Below, piece after piece: positions 62,701-64,000 of a stretch of DNA of 64,000 nt. Source of the DNA: a virus; IMG/VR virus record IMGVR_UViG_3300045988_172855; one strand, written 5' to 3'. Position 1 is the stretch's first letter, and each line of letters starts with the position of its first letter. The notes beneath the pieces are model-generated. The model was not told the origin of the DNA. It worked only from the letters and a program-made list of their open reading frames with translations, and did no database searches. A program made the translations under genes and the position numbers.

Positions 62701-63044
62701 TCTGTATGACTTTTAACAAACTCTCTTAACTCTGTATCACTGCAGATAACTCTGAAAAAATCTTCAATACTTTTCATACCCTCCTCGTCTCTCAATTTAG
62801 AAGTAATTCTTCTAACTGTTCCTATCGAAATACCTTCACAACGAGCAAGATCTGTAATTGCAGCTTTTAATTGCATTGTCGTATATGTTCCAAGTGACGT
62901 CACTTGCGTTATACCAAATCTTTTTTCCATATACTCTTTAACTCGAGGGCGTTGTTGGCCTTCAAAGTCTGTATCAATATCAGGCATCGATCCGAGTTGT
63001 CTTATTTCTTGAACTTCTTTTTTAAGACTTTTAATCGTTATCAT
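59760..63044 (-). CDS. dnaE: DNA polymerase III alpha (DnaE-type), C-terminal 4/5, intein-containing
   Basis: It starts just before the catalytic PDIDTDF. It also has GTVVYP and FLKEDILG, the RK-[intein]-CMGKK motif (E. coli RRAMGKKK), FNFSHAIAY, and a C-terminal OB-like region. Confidence 0.85.
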   Translation of the reverse strand: MITIKSLKKEVQEIRQLGSMPDIDTDFEGQQRPRVKEYMEKRFGITQVTSLGTYTTMQLKAAITDLARCEGISIGTVRRITSKLRDEEGMKSIEDFFRVICSDTELREFVKSHTELINDVMVCLNSPKSASIHACGTVVYPDEKSSAQWVPVRESNGLVVTEWEGAEIEEAGFLKEDILGIAQLDKLADILKLIEKNRGIKLDLYNDVPLDDPIVFEYIEKGYLGDVFHFGAKGLSSYCVQMKPHSLDEMGLCAALYRPGPIENNYHNEYILRKRGESEIEYPIGAEDILRPHLGLLITQEDIMRLCQHLAGFDLETTDSVRKCIWGEELFWTPDGAVKIKNIKPFTSVTTYNEKECCFKWNKVYRRVYKKEKECIKLNMQGDNHFTCTPDHKLLTEVGWLEAKDCVGHYVYKDLSRRFGTLSKSKEELYLMIALLTEGSIGTIGSCNFVNKDESELSEFKRCYKEFVREEPKEYYNQYTGCTSLKIKDSVVTDLGLEFVKSDEKRLPDYIFSLNEECQLFVLGKLIDFDGYVASKKGGLLIGYSSKSKELIDQINILFSCLGVLTTTNSRSFAEYPEKYYDIGISSIEDALKIKAMLEPYSTKIKERFNFKLEDFDLDSYSQYKIPFEIWQPIIKNLIDHSGYNCNELLGKNILNYGINRPFDLTYRRAEKILKRCGRSKYLENILKREFCFLKVESYDRVGKLPVYDFTMTSDRSPYAFVGGILAHNCMGKKITSKLKSFGDKFVKGYVERFGVEEKYAQDLWKQMEEFGKYAFNFSHAIAYSRNGYNCIWLKAHYPIEFWSVTFSHAKIEDYPFYINEIQKLGNITIKSVDINKSDINIVSDVKTSSMYWALNSVKQCGDKAQEFIHNEREKHGEFFSLDEFIDRCVVKGSPVNKSVIENLIYSGAFDKLENITAPHERLRLIESYRENKRVKILEDKDLLTNIIKARKEKNDWWWTLQQKKLSGFASFDYKRLIEEYHSDDAFSDAEYFDVSELKYWDGNDRSKCAIIGGFVIDIIERKSKKGLFATIVLESNYEFINVIVFPDLFAEYADFLRESKNNLLLVDGYIQFDKWRQEYVLQTNLNTSFTVLS
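60858..62075 (-). mobile_element. 406-aa intein with LAGLIDADG homing endonuclease, inserted in the DnaE RRAMGKK motif
   Basis: Starts CIWGEELFWTPDG (Cys1 codon 62075-62073). Block B is TCTPDH. Two LAGLIDADG motifs: LMIALLTEGSIG and VLGKLIDFDGY. Ends VYDF...FVGGILAHN (Asn codon 60860-60858), with a +1 Cys. Confidence 0.8.
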
Positions 63045-64000
63045 AATCTAATAATATATCTCCTTCTTTTAATTCACCTGCTTTAACTATCATCTTTTCT
63101 TCGTTTCTAAAGATACGAACAAAACTTGTACAAGGTATAATAATAGGTGATGAACTTTCTTCGTTAATGATAACCTCTTCAATCTTATCGTGACGTATCA
63201 AACGACCTGTTGTTAAGAATCTTTCAAATAGTAGATCGTAATCAAGAGGATTAATATAATTCAATCCTAGTAAATACGAAATCAAACATCCACAAGCTGA
63301 ACCACGACCAGACCCAATTAGAATGTCTTCTTTCTTACACCACTTTACAATGTCTCTAAGCATTAAAAAATAGTCGACTACTTCACCATCTTCGATTACC
63401 TTCATCTCTTTTTCAAGTCTCTCAACAACTTCATCTTCAGAATAATTTTCAAGTATCTCAGGATGTTCTTCGAGTCCTTTGATTATGAGATCTTCAAACA
63501 TAGCAATATTATCTTCATATTGTAAAGCCTCTTCGTCAGTCATGTAATATACAGGCATGTGTCTATTTTGAGTCTCTATTACAAAGTTACATTCAAAAGA
63601 AATTTCTTTCAAATTTTGAACAGCTTTTTCAAATGTATCAAAAAACGCCTCATCGTCTCCGAACAACTTACCAAGCTCTTCAAAATATTCTTGATAATTT
63701 TTCATATATTGATTATCACTTTCATAAGTAACGACCTTCGCTAAGGTATTCATTTTTCTCTTAATAGGAGACCATTCTTTTTCAACATAATACGCATCAC
63801 ACATTGCAACCGGATTCATTTTACTGTCAAAAAACTTTTTCAAATTTTTCAAGTAAAATTCATCACGATCATCTTTTTCGTATTCAACTGTATCTAATTG
63901 ATAAAATGAAATAATTTTCTTGAGTTCTCTTGGAATCTTCGTATAATCAATTGTTTTAGGATCCCATATAAAAATCAAACCCTCTTCACTCTCAAGAATA
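63031..64000 (-). CDS. dnaE: DNA polymerase III alpha (DnaE-type), N-terminal part (5' end beyond window)
   Basis: GSGRGSACGCLISYLLGL..INPL.YDLLFERFL matches E. coli GPGRGSGAGSLVAYALKI..LDPL.FDLLFERFL. The frame stays open to nt 64000 (the track 'start' at 63978 is an internal TTG). It ends in a 56-aa non-DnaE tail and overlaps the next ORF by 14 nt. Confidence 0.8.
   Translation of the reverse strand, partial: ILESEEGLIFIWDPKTIDYTKIPRELKKIISFYQLDTVEYEKDDRDEFYLKNLKKFFDSKMNPVAMCDAYYVEKEWSPIKRKMNTLAKVVTYESDNQYMKNYQEYFEELGKLFGDDEAFFDTFEKAVQNLKEISFECNFVIETQNRHMPVYYMTDEEALQYEDNIAMFEDLIIKGLEEHPEILENYSEDEVVERLEKEMKVIEDGEVVDYFLMLRDIVKWCKKEDILIGSGRGSACGCLISYLLGLNYINPLDYDLLFERFLTTGRLIRHDKIEEVIINEESSSPIIIPCTSFVRIFRNEEKMIVKAGELKEGDILLDYDND

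Noticed and set aside
62964-63201. DnaE junction interpreted as a naturally split intein (N-fragment from CTSFVRIF..., C-fragment MITIKSLKK...)
   Set aside because: The two pieces total only about 50 residues, which is far too small for a Hint fold. There is no terminal HN and no +1 nucleophile before MPDID. It is kept only as an unexplained insert or possible intein remnant.
6020-63744. All + strand track ORFs except 24139..24594 (for example 6020..6310, 6651..7055, 12174..12422, 13366..13632, 22596..22913, 26072..26335, 31819..32058, 32622..32912, 33655..34026, 56444..56815, 56989..57273, 61869..62087)
   Set aside because: They lie antisense to long - strand genes that have recognisable motifs or tight operon packing. 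Their products are low-complexity and Phe/Ile/Ser/Leu-rich, as expected for shadow frames in AT-rich DNA. None has a promoter box or terminator.
1-64000. tRNA genes, rRNA, CRISPR arrays, integrase/attP, large terminase
   Set aside because: I scanned the non-coding gaps by eye and saw no tRNA T-arm (GGTTCGAATCC-like) or cloverleaf, and no repeat-spacer arrays. No ORF shows tyrosine or serine recombinase motifs or terminase Walker A plus nuclease motifs. A tRNAscan or HMM search would be needed to be certain.

Overview
This is a 64-kb stretch of a tailed dsDNA phage genome with contractile-tail (myovirus-type) structural genes. It is AT-rich (roughly 30-35% G+C by eye). Every credible gene but one is on the - strand. 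Reading the - strand from 64000 to 1, there are four parts. (i) A replication, recombination and DNA-modification module: a DnaE-type polymerase split into two ORFs and carrying a LAGLIDADG intein, a gp32-like SSB, SbcCD, RecA, a RuvC-like resolvase, NAD-dependent ligase, SNF2 and UvrD-type helicases, RNase H, and a DpdA-like transglycosylase next to a QueD-like/P-loop fusion. (ii) About 18 kb of mostly small orphan early-type genes in short promoter/terminator-bounded units. This part includes an M15-peptidase lysis cassette and a compositionally atypical LamG-like gene. (iii) A single + strand membrane HExxH gene beside a repeat-rich 0.5-kb control region. (iv) The morphogenesis module (portal, MuF, protease, scaffold, capsid, neck, sheath, tube). 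It is interrupted by an island of putative capsid-delivered effectors: two Hint-like ORFs, a Nudix protein, an Alt/C3-like ADP-ribosyltransferase and an ADP-ribosylglycohydrolase. About 18 copies of a TTG-N19/20-TATCTTTA promoter point to a Bacteroidota-type host. I recognised no tRNA, rRNA, CRISPR array, integrase or large terminase in the window. All functional calls come from motif recognition by eye and gene order; no database search was run. Several track ORF starts are TTG/GTG artefacts and were trimmed to the first plausible ATG.
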